The notes: generated by a model not told the origin, from the sequence alone. A stretch of 64,000 nucleotides of DNA from Eledone cirrhosa (GCA_964016885.1 OZ024751.1:7254001-7318000), one strand, 5' to 3'. Counted from the stretch's first letter, positions 11,873 through 26,265 are shown. Program-made: numbers and translations.

Positions 11873-13119
11873 CAAATTAAAGATAAAATATTGATTTGAA
11901 CAAATAGTGATGTATTCAGAATTATATCACAATGTGATATGATTTTCGTTTTGGGATTATTAGTATGAGACTAGAATGTGTTATGTATTACAGTGTGTAA
12001 TATGCGGACCACAGTTTCCCCCTTCAAGATCTGATTCAAACATTATCACTTGTAATGGATTCAAATCGTATCACCATTCCTAGTATTGGGGAACAATACC
12101 CCTGTGATTCCCCAAATCTGATACGAATGTTGAATGGCACAAAGTAAATACTTCGAACCGAAGTACTTGCATGTGACGGAAGCATTTTCTCTGAAAAACC
12201 ATCTTGCTTTACTTAGAGATTCTCACAGCGGGCTACGCTATTTCTATTGAGTATATATTTCTCAAAAAAGGAGTGTGGTATGCGATTAATGCAACATTAT
12301 TAAGGAAAGGATACTTCCTACACATTGACAAAAAAGTAGTTCAGCTCCCCTCTTGGCAATGGAATCATGTAATGTAAAGCAGTGTGGAAAAAACAATAAT
12401 TACACATGAACCACTCCATTGGCTCGAATATATATGTAGATTTCATTCAATCATCTTAGCGTTTTTTACGGCTTTAGATTAAAATAGCGTGTCAGACATT
12501 TACGGATGCTGTTGATGTAAAGTATCTCAGGATTCGCTAATTCCCAATCTCAATTTGGGCGGCAATAAAACATACAATAGTGAATCCCATTAAGCATTCT
12601 GTGATTTTTTTTCCGTTCTGACGTTATCATCACATACAATACTAGGCGGAAGATTTAATTCGGACGAGGACTAAACATCTGGAATATCTGCTATTGATAA
12701 TGAAAATAAATTGACTCGATTCATGCGGCGCTCAATTTGGACATTTATCATCGTTGTTGGCAAAGCACATTTATTATAATACGTAGTCTCTGACTACACC
12801 AGTTCCAACATACCGGCCATAACAGAAATATTTTTTTAGATTTCATTCTTTATTAATTAAAAGAAAGTGGGAAAAGAGGTGACAGATGAAACACGTCAGT
12901 ACATTCAAATACACATCGTACGACGTTGAACATTTTTTAGTAGATTCTTCACACCAAAATCGAAGGTATATCTCTCCATATTGATGACAGTTATATTGTG
13001 ATGCAACCAAGGTAACCATGAAATGAGCATTATATAATAATCGTAAAGATTTTTCTCTCAGTTTCTCTCGCATCCAAATTTCTCTTCCGCCATTAATTAC
13101 ATGTATCTGCTAATCACAC

Positions 13120-13176
13120 ATACTCACACACGCGAACATGTACACACACACACACAGATACACACACCCACGCACA

Positions 13177-13219
<43 letters not shown>

Positions 13220-13276
13220 GCGCATATATCAGAGATCTTTCACCCCAATAAATATATCGTTTTCATGATTTACAGT

Positions 13277-13310
<34 letters not shown>

Positions 13311-13401
13311 CATACATATATATATATATATGTTTAAACAAATATATATATATGTATACATATATATGCGTATATATATATATTTAAACACATATATATG
13401 C

Positions 13402-13451
<50 letters not shown>

Positions 13452-13520
13452 ATATATATGCGTATGCAGGTCTTTATTTATGTATGCATACATATATGCA
13501 TGTGTGTGAATATGTGCACA
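13120..13520. repeat. Compound (CA)n/(TA)n microsatellite
   Basis: Direct reading. Confidence 0.95.
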
Positions 13521-14064
13521 CATTGGTGAGAAATGCTAAAACACCCAATGCCCCAATAGAGTAGGCAACGAAGTGTACGTAACTCACCAGTCTGTCACCT
13601 TAATTGTATAACGTATGTCACTACATTAATTTTATATGCATAGCCAGCAAATGTAACTTCAAAGAGTGCAATTGGCTGTTAGCTCTATATAAGCTTATAT
13701 ATACGTATCTATCAACACGTTCGATCGTTTGGTATTTTCTTTGCTGTGAAGGTTTGATTTTATGCTGCGTTTTCCTTATTTTGATTTAACGGGTATTGAC
13801 ATCGTTTCACCATGGCAAGCTGGAAATCAGTTTTAAGTTTAAATTGTATAATTTTAATATTTCTGTTATATTTATTTGTTTTATTCTTTTTCCAAGTTGA
13901 TTCAGAATTTGTTGCTTGCTGGCGTCCTTGAAGACAGAAAATATAGATAGACGGATAGATAAATAGATAAGAAAATAACGATTGATATACAGAGATAACT
14001 GAACGGATGGAGAGGGATGTCGAATAGAATTGAAGAGCTACATATATATATATTTATATATAAC

Positions 14065-14248
14065 TGTTTCTACTTTAGGCACAAGGCCAGTAATTACCCA
14101 GTGCATTACTGGTACTTTATTTTATCGACCCTGTAAGGATGAAAGGCAAAGTCAACCTCGACGGGATTTGAACTCAGATCGTAAAGGGACGTAACTACGC
14201 TGGAAAGCATGGCGTCCGACCCTCTACCGATACTGCCAATAATACCAT
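14065..14248 (-). mobile_element. tRNA-derived SINE (octopus-type family)
   Basis: GGCACAAGGCCAG...TACTGGTACTTTATTTTATCGACCC...AGGCAAAGTCAACCTCG...ATTTGAACTCAG (reverse B-box). Confidence 0.8.
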
Positions 14249-16083
14249 ATATTTATATATAACGGAAAACAAACAGCACTCATCTACAGAACAGTTTAGT
14301 TGCTGGCTGACCATAATAGAGGAACAGGAGAATAACTGGAAGTGAGGAAAAACAATCAAGCACATCGGTGTTGTATGCCCATTCAGCCAGTAGATCAAAT
14401 ATCCACATATACGATGGAACTGGAATGTAGATACATGGGAAGTCATGCTAACATTATGAAAATTCCAGCCGAAAAATGTGATAGAGAGTTACACATGAAA
14501 AACGATGTTCGCGATTACTAAAACGCAGAGATTAAGTAAGTAAATCAGTTATTATATATAAATAATAGATATGCCTCCTTCCTCCTTATTGAAGTGTCAA
14601 TCTCCAAAGACAGCAATTTATATATCAAAGAAAGGGTGGAACGACACAAATATTAAGATAGAGGTAAAACAAATGTGAATGATGAAATCTGAAACATTCG
14701 GAGAAAATTGATTTTTAGGGAATGATAAACTAACAAACATGCAGATTCTTAATTAAAGCCCATATACGTATGTACAACACAGGGAGAATAGGGCTACTGG
14801 TTGTATCGCACACATTTTGGTGTGTATTTTCAATGCAATAGGAAAACAAAACGAAAAGCATCACTGCACTTATCCATAACGCAGAGAGATGTATTCGATA
14901 AGACAGTGACAACGCGTTATGTAAATCGGATTAATGTTTATAATACTAATATTATATATATATGTGCATATATATATATATGTCTATGTATACATATATA
15001 TATATATACCCACACGTGTGTGTGCATGTTCCTCCGTATCTCTCTGTCTCTCTCTTTCTCTCTGCATATATGTATATATGTATATATATGTGTGTACAAA
15101 TACGTGTGTGTTTAGGGATACATATGGAAAGGCAAATAGTGTCAGGTGGAGATATATGGATATTTGTTTCAAGTTCCACCTATATGTATAGAGGGACATA
15201 TGTGTGTTTGCGTGCCTTTAATTTCGTGAACTTCTATACATATGTATGAATGTAATTTTATCTGCTTGATGTTAGTGAAGTAAAGAAATAATTTATTGAA
15301 TTTGTGTTTTTTTTTGTTGTGTGTTTTCTTGCCGAAATATAATGCAAATAAATCAGATTGAAAGCCTGAAGAAATGGTTGAAATACAAGAATCACTAAGT
15401 AGCAGTGAGAATGAAACACTTTATAGGATTTAGTTCGAGTTGAGTTACTTGATAAGTAGTTAGGAAATAGTTGTGTGTGCCTTGCTGGCTAAAAGTATAG
15501 GAAGATAAGTTAATCTTACACGTAGAAAGAAAGTCATTTCAACTCATCTTAAGAACACAGGATCGTATATCTACAAAGAGGTTGTAGACGATATAATGTA
15601 TATTATATTTTAACATTATTTCTTGAAAGGGTGGAATATACGCTGAAAGAGGAGTATATATTTCAAATTTTACCCATTAACGTGTGTCAATATCACTTTC
15701 TACAAAGCCAAACTGAAATTGAATGAACTAAAAAATAAATCAGAGTGTGAAGATTTGTAATGGAAACAGAGTGTTTACACTTGGCCTTAACTTATGGCAA
15801 ATACTTTTATATACGAAATCTGTTTATTCGAAGTGTTTGTTTCGTGGTGTCAATAACTATAAGATATGACAGATTTATTTTGTGCGTCTTTAGTGATATC
15901 TTCCTCTTTTATTCACCAACTATCACATTTGATTGCACACACACACATACATCCTATAATGTATATATATATATGTATAAATATTTCGTATCTGCAAAGA
16001 AATACGGTTTTAGGAAGCTGTAGCTATAAAAGACCGTGGGTCCTAACGCCCTCTGGTGATGTCCAGCAGAAGCAAGGGGGAGA

Positions 16084-16127
16084 ACCGTCTAAGCATTTCA
16101 GGCTTAACAAGCCTTCGTCAGGACGGT
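16084..16127 (-). ncRNA. Type I hammerhead ribozyme (family B, downstream copy)
   Basis: Minus strand: ACCGTC-CTGACGA-AGGCT-TGTTA-AGCCT-GAAA-TGCT-TA-GACGGT. Confidence 0.8.
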
Positions 16128-16405
16128 CCCTCCCACCGCCTGCGACTGCTGGACTAGAAGACAGGCGAGGAACATAGTTTTCTCGTCAGTGTAAATGAGG
16201 TGATTAATCTCATTTGCATATGAAGCTGCATAAGTTGGCTCAACTTATAATAAAAAAGAAATAGGATTTCGCTTCTAGCATAGCTTTATACAATATGTAC
16301 AAATATTTTGTATCTGCAAAGAAATACGGTTTTAGGAAACCGTAGCTATGCAAACGCCGGGGGGCTAACGCCCTCTGGTGATGTCCAGCAGAAGCAAGGG
16401 GGACA

Positions 16406-16449
16406 ACCATCTATGCATTTCAGGCTTAACTGGCCTTCGTCAGGACGGT
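16406..16449 (-). ncRNA. Type I hammerhead ribozyme (family B, upstream copy)
   Basis: Minus strand: ACCGTC-CTGACGA-AGGC-CAGTTAA-GCCT-GAAA-TGCA-TA-GATGGT; palindromic ATGCAT stem III and AUA triplet. Confidence 0.85.
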
Positions 16450-16589
16450 CCCTCCCACATCTTGCGACTGCTGGACTAGAAGACAGGCGAGAATATATAG
16501 TTATCTCGTATGTTTCTTTTTTATTATAAGTTGAGCCAACTTATGCAGCTTCATATGCAAATGAGATTAATCACCTAATTTACAACCAA

Positions 16590-17300
16590 CATCCAAACTC
16601 ATTTACAAACCAACATCCAAACCTTAAAATTTTCCCCATTTACAAATTCATAGACAACGCTACTTTCATCCATCGTACCAATAAAGAAACGTATTTCATT
16701 AACAAATTCCAACCTTTACTTAATGCACTAAACTTCGGACTAAACTAAAACTGGAAAGAACAATCAAACATTTACAAATACCTATGTCTCTCTAAAGAGT
16801 CACCTCCATAACACCCAATCTAATCCTTTTTATTAAATAAATTAAATATCATCCAGCATGAATTATCCCCCCTCCCCCCTGCATATTAACTCTCTAAAAA
16901 CGGAAATCATATGAAACCCCAGTCAACCATTTGCCTCCATCATGGATCAACTAAGCCACTCTTGTTATATTAACAGATTTTGATCTGTTTATATTCAAGG
17001 ACTATGCCTGTAAATAACATTATTTTTTCTTTCACATTGATTTATTATCCTCACGCTCCTTTTTTTTCTTTTTTCTTTTTTCTTTTCACTTCATAAACCT
17101 TGTTTGTAAATAACATTATTCTTTCTGCAGCATTTCTTTAACATGTCCAACACCACAGTTCTACACCAATACATATTATTACCATTTGAGAATGCATAAA
17201 AATGTTGAAACCGGTATTAGACAATTATTAAATATTTTAAATAAATAAATGCCATTGTTAATTAATAAGTAAATCAACTAATACCTTAACACTTCCCACA
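16590..17300 (+). mobile_element. PLE 3' fragment (end of GIY-YIG domain plus 3' region)
   Basis: About 16620-16735 translates NLKIFPIYKFIDNATFIHRTNKETYFINKFQPLLN, similar to the C-terminus of ORF 57570-57860 (NFKIFPFYK...NKENLFLNKFKPKLN). Confidence 0.7.
17181..17220 (+). ncRNA. Minimal hammerhead with U3-A8 variant core, decayed stem I
   Basis: TTGAGAA-T-GCAT-AAAA-ATGT-T-GAAAC-CG-GTA. Confidence 0.5.
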
Positions 17301-17344
17301 AAGTAAAATATTTCGTTTTAATGAATTTCTAACCCAGAAAAAAA

Positions 17345-17436
17345 CTCGAACTGTTTCATTCGAAAGAATCACTAGGAAAGCCTGGCTTTCCTGATGATTT
17401 ATTTCGAATGAAACTGTTCTAGGTCTGTAGAAGCCA
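17345..17436 (+). ncRNA. Type I hammerhead (17383-17436) preceded by its own decayed inverted copy
   Basis: TGGCTTTC-CTGATGA-TTTATTTCGAAT-GAAAC-TGTTCTAGGTCT-GTA-GAAGCCA. 17348-17382 is an imperfect reverse complement of 17384-17419. Confidence 0.6.
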
Positions 17437-17551
17437 TTTCTATATTAAACCGGATTTTTATCCTCTATTAATGTATTGATTGCCTTATTGTTGTTAACTC
17501 CGATTGAACCCGGGACTCACACACACACACACACACACAAACATATATACA

Positions 17552-17601
<50 letters not shown>

Positions 17602-20599
17602 ACTATATACGTATGTATATATATGTATGTATATCAACTTTTGTAATATTGATCGCCGCCAAGCTAAAGTAGGATTGTTGACGCAGCAGTTTTCCGATGA
17701 ATATATATAACGGAGGCATATGAAATTACGAGGGTGTATGAGTTGTTTATTACACTTCCCTAGCTAGCAAATGGGGAAATATTGAACAAGTGAAATAATT
17801 AAGTTTAAACCGAACCGGAGTAAATGTTAGCTTTGTTGATCTAATTGTATTATATAGCATTTTTGAGACTTTCCAATGTTGAGATTTCAGCAGATGTTAT
17901 TCAATGACTGCTTAAACAATGATAAATTATTTCTGTTATTCCTTTGAACTGTTTTCTTTAGTTAGTGCTTTTTGTTTATACTATCACGTTTAATTTTCAA
18001 TTTATACTTTATTAAACAACACAAATACCACAACGTATTGCATATGTAATGCTCAAATGAATAAGAAACTAGGTATTAACGTTACAGAAATATGATAAAC
18101 TGAAAATACAATGTAATTGCGAGTTTCGGTGAAATGTTTCTATCAGCAAACAATATTGCTCCTTATATAATGCTAAACTACTTCCATCTCATGAATTTTA
18201 TTAATGCTATTGAAAATTCTTAAAGATGTTATGCTTATAAATATGATAGATAAAATACTTTATATGATTTCTATTCACAGATATATATTTCATTTTGTGA
18301 TTTAATACGTAGGATGTTTTATTATATGGGATCTTTAGAGGGATTTCATCGTTAAATTATACATTTATATGGATTTTAGCTAGTTTATACATTATGGTTC
18401 TGATATATATGAATTCAATTGTTTTATTTTATATCGTAGATCGGGAAAACAATGTTTGTTTCCATAATGAATATGTAAATTCTTCGACGATGAATATGAC
18501 CCAGTAACGGCTTTCGTCAGCTGAGATCAATTTCTTCGAAGCACAATCTCTTCTACTAGCATGTCAGTCAAGAAAGTCCTTTGTTGTTTTTTGATGACGT
18601 TTTTGTTTTGATTCCTCACCGTATTTAAGTTGGGTTTTATTTGTTATTTTATTGGCTTCGATATACATACATTATGGTTAAGCCATCTGTTCCTGTCTAT
18701 CTGGCACCCTACAAAACATTATTAGTTTATTACCAATTTCATCGTTGAGAAAGGTTTTATCATTTCTTTCACACTACATACACAAAACTGTCACCGTTAC
18801 CTATATATGCTTCACGATGTTATAAATTGAAAATAGAATACCATTTTCCAGCTCCCAAGAACGTCTTACTATCAATAATAAAATCTATATTACTGAAGAA
18901 AATCTGTGATATGACGCAAATGAAAAAGGCTATTAGTACTAATGATAGAAAGTCGTACCTGCCTCAACGAAACCTAAATGTTTTCTCAAAAGCAACAAAG
19001 GAAGTATAAGTGGTATTCAAATAAAACAAGTTCTAGCAGAGATGGAGGACAGGATCTGGCTTTCCATTGTCCAGTAATTTTATAATTTGATATATATATA
19101 TATACAGATCAGGTCAGGGTACAATTATAATGAGGCTGGCCCGACTTTTTTTCGACACAACTTCAGTTATGCGAGTTTACATCTGCAAAGACATATCCAA
19201 AGTTATATTATTTACATTCTGCACACTGCCTGATTGCAACCCAACAGGATACGAGCCTAGTAACAGCCTCAATTGGTTCTAACGATGCACCACCTGTAAC
19301 TTTATTTCTACATAAAGCAGCTTCTGTAGATATTACATTCTTTAGAGCTACACATCTTTTAAAAGTAAACACTTTTGTTGATAGTAAAATTTCAATCATA
19401 GCCTATCCACCAAAACGCCAATTAACACTTTTATATTCCAATTTTCTTAGGAAGCCAGAGGGAATATTTTCACTGTTCTAAGACAAATAATATTTGAATC
19501 CCCTCAAAATAATTTACAAAGTAATTATGTATGAAATTGCAGTTAGCGTTTCCAATTTCTACGCCATAGAGAAATATACGTCAATTTGTAGGATTAATAA
19601 GGAAAGTTTTCTTAATGAAACATTCGTAAGATTCAGTAAATTACCAGTGATTATGTTAATATTAAAAGAAAATATATGATTTTAGCTCTAGAGATGTCAT
19701 CCCCAAAATTAACTAAAATATTCAATTGAAATTTTAGTCAATTAATTATTTTTACTGTGCATAGATTGATATATACATTGGCGTAGTTACATGTGAATAC
19801 ACACATACACACGCAATTTAATATAATATCATGACCGGGGAACATGTTCGAATGAGAAGATATCTTATATATCTTACATGTCTTTTCTATGTTTGGCCAT
19901 ATATTTATTTGTTTGCGTTCCAGCCCAGAAGCTGAGCTCATGTTGTGGCACAGCCAACGATGCTAAACTTAGTTTTGCGAGCCTTGCGTGCTTGCCCAGT
20001 AATCCAAAGGCAATTTATTTCTGCTGCTCTTATTTGTGCTTCACTTCGTGTTGAGGGTTTATCCGGGTTCCTGGTCAGTAGAGTGACGAGAATCTCTTGA
20101 AAATATCGACATACACACCCTGTATTATGTCACAGAATTATAAAAAACCTGGTTACAATTGTACCCCTGGATATTGCAGTACGTGGCCCTTATTATCGAT
20201 GCCACGTGTGGGACCTTTGGTACTACACAATGATGTCCTATTCGTGGACTGGTCATGCCTTCAATGTCGAAGTGAATGGGTTAATTATTGTGATAAATAT
20301 ATCTGATAATTTAATTCGAGTCATGTTGTCATAATTTGTGATTTGACTAATTTTAATAAATATACAATGGAGTTTGTTACATTACGATTATAATTATATA
20401 AAGGGGTATAAGAGCATTCACTAAAGCATTAGATGTAACATCGTGCATGATTCCGTAACACTTTAGAGTTATAGTCACATCGTATTGAAATACGGTGTTT
20501 CTCGGACAGTTTGGAACTTGTAGAAGCCCAATCGTCCCGAGGTTGGAATACACCGCAATTCTTCCAGAGAAGAATAGAGAATGGGAGTTTCGAAGGGAG

Positions 20600-20775
20600 G
20601 AAGTGATATATAGAAAGAATCAACCTCAATACATGGCTGGTCCTTTTTGTATCAACCTCGAATTGATAAAAGGCAAAGTTGACATCGGCAGGATTTAAAG
20701 TAAGAGAACAGAAAGCCGAAACGAATTTCACAAATGGTTCAATCCGACGTTCTAACGATTCTGCCAATTCACTCC
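20600..20775 (-). mobile_element. Decayed tRNA-derived SINE (octopus-type family)
   Basis: TATCAACCTCG...GATAAAAGGCAAAGTTGACATCGGCAGGATTTAAA...CTAACGATTCTGCCA. Confidence 0.65.
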
Positions 20776-21314
20776 ATATTTGAATTAGAAAATATATTGA
20801 AAAAGCGTAGTAATGTTACAAAATCAACACGAATCTTTGAGGGATAGATACCTAGATGAAGATTATGTACCCAGATGAGAGTTGGAATAGACTTTCACAG
20901 AATTATAACAAATTAATTGCTGACAGAAAATATGATTCAATATAAAAAAAATTCAAAAGGTAATATCATGAGTTAATGGAATGATGGGTCAATATACATT
21001 TTATTATATGTATATAAACCTAGAGGCATATAGGCACATGTACAAAACTGTAAGTACATGTGTATCGAAGACTAACCACACGTAAACGTAAGGAAAAATA
21101 TAATTTAATCTGAAAAGAACATATACTTGAAACTTAAGATTAAAATAGGTGAACAAGGTTAAGTGTAGATTTAAAAGGCTTCAGGATACATCTCATATAT
21201 CAGTATCCTTGAGAGTGCTAGACTTTAGAATAAACGGATTTTCAAAAAATAAGAAAATTTGAATTTACGTGTAAATAACCATCTATCACATACGTACATA
21301 TACACTCACGCATA

Positions 21315-21389
<75 letters not shown>

Positions 21390-21764
21390 TTCAAGAGTAA
21401 CCAATCTTAAAGAGAGAGATGGAGATAAGAGAGGAGATAGGATAGGAGAAGAGAGATTGGTGAATTAGTTAGAAGCCAAAGCGTAAAGGCATGTGCTGTA
21501 TCTGCGATATGCAGTGGAAGGCAGCTAGGTGGCTGGGTTCAAGCAGAGGTTAAGTGCAAAGAGTTGGAAATATTCATTAGTTAAGCAAATAAGCAAAACA
21601 GGACCACAAATTTCACAGGAACACATTATTAAAAGATTGTCAGCATAGTTCTTTTTAATGTAATGAATGTAGAGAATAATAATAATAATATTAATAATTG
21701 TTTCTACTGTTGGCACAAGGCCAGCAAATACCCAGTGCATTACTGGTACTAATAATAATATTAA

Positions 21765-23843
21765 TAATGTCCGTTTACAATTGTTTCGCTACTCCATATA
21801 ATGTTTCTGGATCAAATGATTATAGATCATTATTGATCTGGTTCAGTTGAAGATAATTAACTTAGGTAAAATTAGAACAGCTCATCGGAACTTCAAAAGG
21901 AATATAAATTAAAATAAAGAAAGAATGTTTCATGAATGTAATATTCCATATATTGGTATTTCACTATGGTGTCCTGTGTATATCTATTGTCTGCCATAGT
22001 CGAGCAATATTCTTCTGTCGAGGCTGCATTTTGTGAGATCTGCCTATGGGTAACAAGATGGCCACCAATGGACATATTTACCTTACTAATTAGGGGGTGG
22101 TTTCAGGGGAAGTAACTCCTCGAGAAATTAGAATTTGTGGGTAGTTTATAGTTAAAAAGTGCTATTTTTTTAATTGAGAGACAATGTTATTGAGAGACAA
22201 TGTAAGGGAGGTAACTTATAATTATCTAAGTTAGCTATAACTATTTAACTGATTAGCTATAAGTAAAAATGGGACTAGATGACTATGTTGGGTCAAATAT
22301 TCTGTTGGCGAAGGAATTAGCCCTTCGATGTTGACAGCTAATAGTTACCTCCGTTCTATTATTAATCGGTTTAGGTCGTGATAGAGTTATGTAAGATACT
22401 TCGGAAAGGCAGAGGTCACAATAGTTTCTTCGTCCATTGAACGGTTGGGCCCTAGCCAAGATATCCCATGTTAGTGAGTGTTCAATGTTGGTTAACTTAA
22501 GGTTTTTAATGAGCCTAGCTAGAGATGTCGATCATCTATTTTTAGGGTCTCGGAAGGAAAAAGAGGGCGCCTTATAGCGAACCTTAAAAGGGTTAGAGGT
22601 AGAGCCAATATAGGAGCTGGTATGCGAAGCTGTTTTAACTGTGCACCTATAAACTATATTGTGTGTCAATCATTGTCCCTTTAGTGGGCATGCATTAGGG
22701 TAACGCCAGTTGCAGTTACTTCTGCGGTTAGTGAGACTAGGGTTGTTTACACTATGCGGTTGATGCGTGCTAGAAGGATTAGATGAGGGAGGTGTGCTAC
22801 TAGAATAAGTATTGGTGTAGTGGCGTGGTGTATTTGATGGGGATGGTGGGACCGCGGTGTGGGAGTTATACTGTCTTAGTTTATGATGATTACTGAATGC
22901 GATGTGGCTAGCTAGGTTAGGCGTTGTGGAGAATCAGATTTTAATGTTGTTTTTATTAAAGAGTTTGTAATATCTATGGTTGGCGGGGAGATGTTTAGAT
23001 AGGATAGAGAAGAAGCGTTTAGGGATATTAGTGGCTAAGTTAGATGAGAATGGGGTGTTAAGCCAGGTAATATTTCTAGGCCTATTCCTTCTAGAGGTTA
23101 TAGTGGAGTTGGCAGGGGCCTTCATAGAGTTATTATTACCTGGGCGTTTGTTACTTGTCATCCCATTGCTCATTCCTATTCTACGTTTGATTTTTAGTTT
23201 GCTACTTGGAGTGAGAAGTAGGCCACTGCCACCATTAAGGTTCCCTGTATAGGTGCTGTTTTTGCTAAAGTTCTGGCGAATCTGGCTATATGTTAAGGTA
23301 TTTCTAGTTCTAGTGTTAATTTTATTATGGTTGTGGTGAGGTGCTGTGTTATGGCATTTAGGTATGTAGTAAATGGACTGTTCATAACCAGATTCAGAAA
23401 GAGCCTTATTATTTATATGCCGCATGGTTTATAATTATCTCCTGATTAGCATGGAGCTCCTATACGAGATAGATTTGATTACTGCTCTGATGACTGCCGG
23501 TGGGTGGTTAGAGTGTGGGCTAATATATATAAGTATTTTACCTGGTTTATGATAAGGGAAATATAAGTTATTGTTAAGATCTAGCGTAACGTCCAGGAAG
23601 TTTAATACTTTATGGTTCGGCTCGATGGTGATACAGAGACCGTTATTTTTAAAGAATCTATGTAATTGATTTTTGAGCAAGTCAATGCCTCGATTAGTGC
23701 AATTGTGGACTCATAGGGCGTCATCCTTATATATTCCGCCTTGCAAGGGTTGGATTTCAGCTCTGATGTTATGTAATAGGTACATTCCAACTAAATCGGT
23801 GATTTGCGCTGCGTCGCTTGAGCCCATAGTGATGTCGAAGTTA
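21765..23843 (-). mobile_element. Penelope-like element, 5'-truncated and frameshifted (RT C-half, GIY-YIG, 3' region)
   Basis: FDITMGSSDAAQITDLVG, GGIYKDDAL, LNFLDVTLDL, TWLNTPFSSNLATNI...KHLP, and downstream NACPLKG...IVYRC...SYIGST. Same type as the 660-2320 element. Confidence 0.88.
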
Positions 23844-23968
23844 GTATATATATGTATATATATATATATTATATATATAGTGTGTGTGTTCATCAACAAT
23901 ATGCTTATCTATTTATTATGCATCATACGCCCTAACCATCTAACAATATAACTACACACACATACATA

Positions 23969-24029
<61 letters not shown>

Positions 24030-24447
24030 GTGTGTGTGTGTGTGTTTGTGTGTGTACATGCTAATACGTGTAAGCCAAAATTGCCTTTCTTGAATTCTAC
24101 CTTCCAATATATAACTGGCAGGAAATTTTCTTGATGTGAAGTTTGTAATCTTTCAAAACTATTATACAGATTCGCTAAAACCGCCATCTGGCGAGCATAG
24201 AAGTCACATATTAAGCTGTTAACAATCTGAAATTATATGTAACACCAAATCATTAGATTTAGAATCGCTTCAACAGAATCACTATTTTCACAGTGAGCAA
24301 ATATTTTACTTTATTAGAAAAATAATCTCGGAAGATGAGATATTTTTTACTGTCGATAAATAGTATTGAATTAATTCATCTTAAAACGATTTCAATGTGT
24401 TTGGTATCATACAATAAACCTACACGCATAAATACACAGCAGTATGT

Positions 24448-24622
24448 ATGTCAGGACGCCTGGTATCATGTAACCCAGTACAATCTGTGCATGGTCGGGT
24501 CGTCGGGGACTAAACTGGTAATCACACAAAGCTTTCTGGGGGGGGGGGGAGTGCATCTGGACACCCTGCGCGATGAAAAACAAAACCCGTCAAAGGGCGA
24601 GGGAACGGCCATCCAATCGTTT
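24448..24622 (+). mobile_element. Isolated copy of the putative RTE 5' leader
   Basis: Reverse-complement homolog of about 6670-6866 (CATGGTCGGGTCGTCGG-GACTAAACTGG...AAACAAAACC-G-CAAAGGGCG...GGCCATCCAA). Confidence 0.6.
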
Positions 24623-25387
24623 TTGTGTGTTTGTGTGTATGGAGCGAGATAATCCTAATTTTCATTGAGACATCTGTCTAGGAGAACGTCACTCTGATAT
24701 AAAATCTGCGAGTTAGTTTGCATCCTTTGCATCTAATGTTGAACACCAGTTCTTTTTTGGCAAATGCATTCTTTAGTCAGAAGCACCCACTGCTCCGAGA
24801 CTACAGCCAAATAAACTAGTCATGCAGTTGATTGGCAAAGATTAACGCTTCTTCATGGGTAAATTAATTCGATGTTTAGAGAGCAGGATAGACCTGGTGA
24901 AAAGCCTTTCCGCACTTAAAAACACTTCAAGCACAGGCATCGATTTATATGTGATATTTTTGGCGATGCATGGTATTGTTGCCCATAGGCAACTCCCAAG
25001 TAGGATTTAAAATCCACGTCCGTGATCATCATGCTTAAGTATCGAAATAGAGTTTCAGCCACCATGTATGTATAATGTGTCTATGCATTTTCCTAGGTTA
25101 TTATTGTTTCAATAAAGTTTAATATGAATGGTATGCTTTGCTCGTGATTTCGAAACCTTATGAACTAAATGTTTGAGCTGGTCTTGAAGTTTTAAAGCTA
25201 CTTTTAGGTAGATATTTGAAATAACATTTGTAATGTTTCAATACATTTTATATAACTTTGCTCAGAGCATAGTGGTATTGGGCATGTTAAACGTTGTAGA
25301 TAGATTTACTATTTTTAGATGCGATTTAATAGATATCTGTTTCAGGATAACAGGAGACCTATATATAATTTCAATGAAACATGTGAA

Positions 25388-25419
<32 letters not shown>

Positions 25420-25721
25420 ATATATATATACATATACATAGAAAGTTATATTTAAATTGTTGGGTTACAACTAGTAAATATTTATAACTGATATAAAAGC
25501 ACTCAACAAGTATTTGGAGTATATTTACTATATTAAATAAATGAAAACTATATTTATAAAACCATATTTATTTCATTATATATATTTCAGGGATATCATA
25601 TTAACAATATGTTATGCCTTCTTCAGACAAAATACAATATAGACAGTTTTATAGATAAATAGATTTGACATACCGTTCAACATCGACTTGTATTTGAAAA
25701 AGTTGATTATATATATGTGTG

Positions 25722-25752
<31 letters not shown>

Positions 25753-25924
25753 GTGTGTGTGTGTATATATATATACATATATATATATCTATATATAGAA
25801 TATATAGATTTACATATAGATAAACTAGACAGAGCCATAGATATATATATATGTGTTTTTGGCAACCATTCACGGGGTGGCTCAATGACGAATTAATTAA
25901 TTAAATAATCAACAACCAGAGCAA

Positions 25925-26265
25925 TATATAAGAAAGTAAGTCCATAGAATCATTTGATAAAATATATACAGTTGCTATGTTTATATACATTTTTTCTTCT
26001 AACTTTGATTTTGTTCCTAGTTGTGTATGGTTGGATATATGTCTAATCGATTTCTAGGGTCTATTAGAAATACTAGGTAAATCTTCTCTCGCTATTGATC
26101 GAGGATAAAATAGCTATCATTTATTTATCTATTGTTTCTTCATAGGTGCTTTTCAAACTTATAGCCTCGTTTAATTGATTTTTTGTGTGGTTAATTATGC
26201 TGATTGGGAGAGGAATAACTGTATATATTTTATCAAATGATTCTATGGACTTACTGTCTTATATA
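25925..26265. repeat. 49-bp inverted repeat pair (25925-25973 and 26217-26265)
   Basis: TATATAAGAAAGTAAGTCCATAGAATCATTTGATAAAATATATACAGTT and its reverse complement with one mismatch. Confidence 0.85.

Larger units (their letters stand above)
15980..16584 (-). mobile_element. Family B retrozyme-like tandem repeat (322-bp period, two HHRs) with a 5' inverted segment
   Basis: About 15988-16180 is repeated at about 16310-16500. 16513-16584 is the reverse complement of about 16190-16261. Confidence 0.82.

Noticed and set aside
17690-17735. CCGATGA...ATATGAAA hammerhead-like string and TACGAGGG mariner-like terminus
   Set aside because: Stems I and III cannot be formed, and there is no partner inverted terminus.
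24680-25060. Possible very old LINE RT fragment on the minus strand
   Set aside because: Too degenerate to support by eye.
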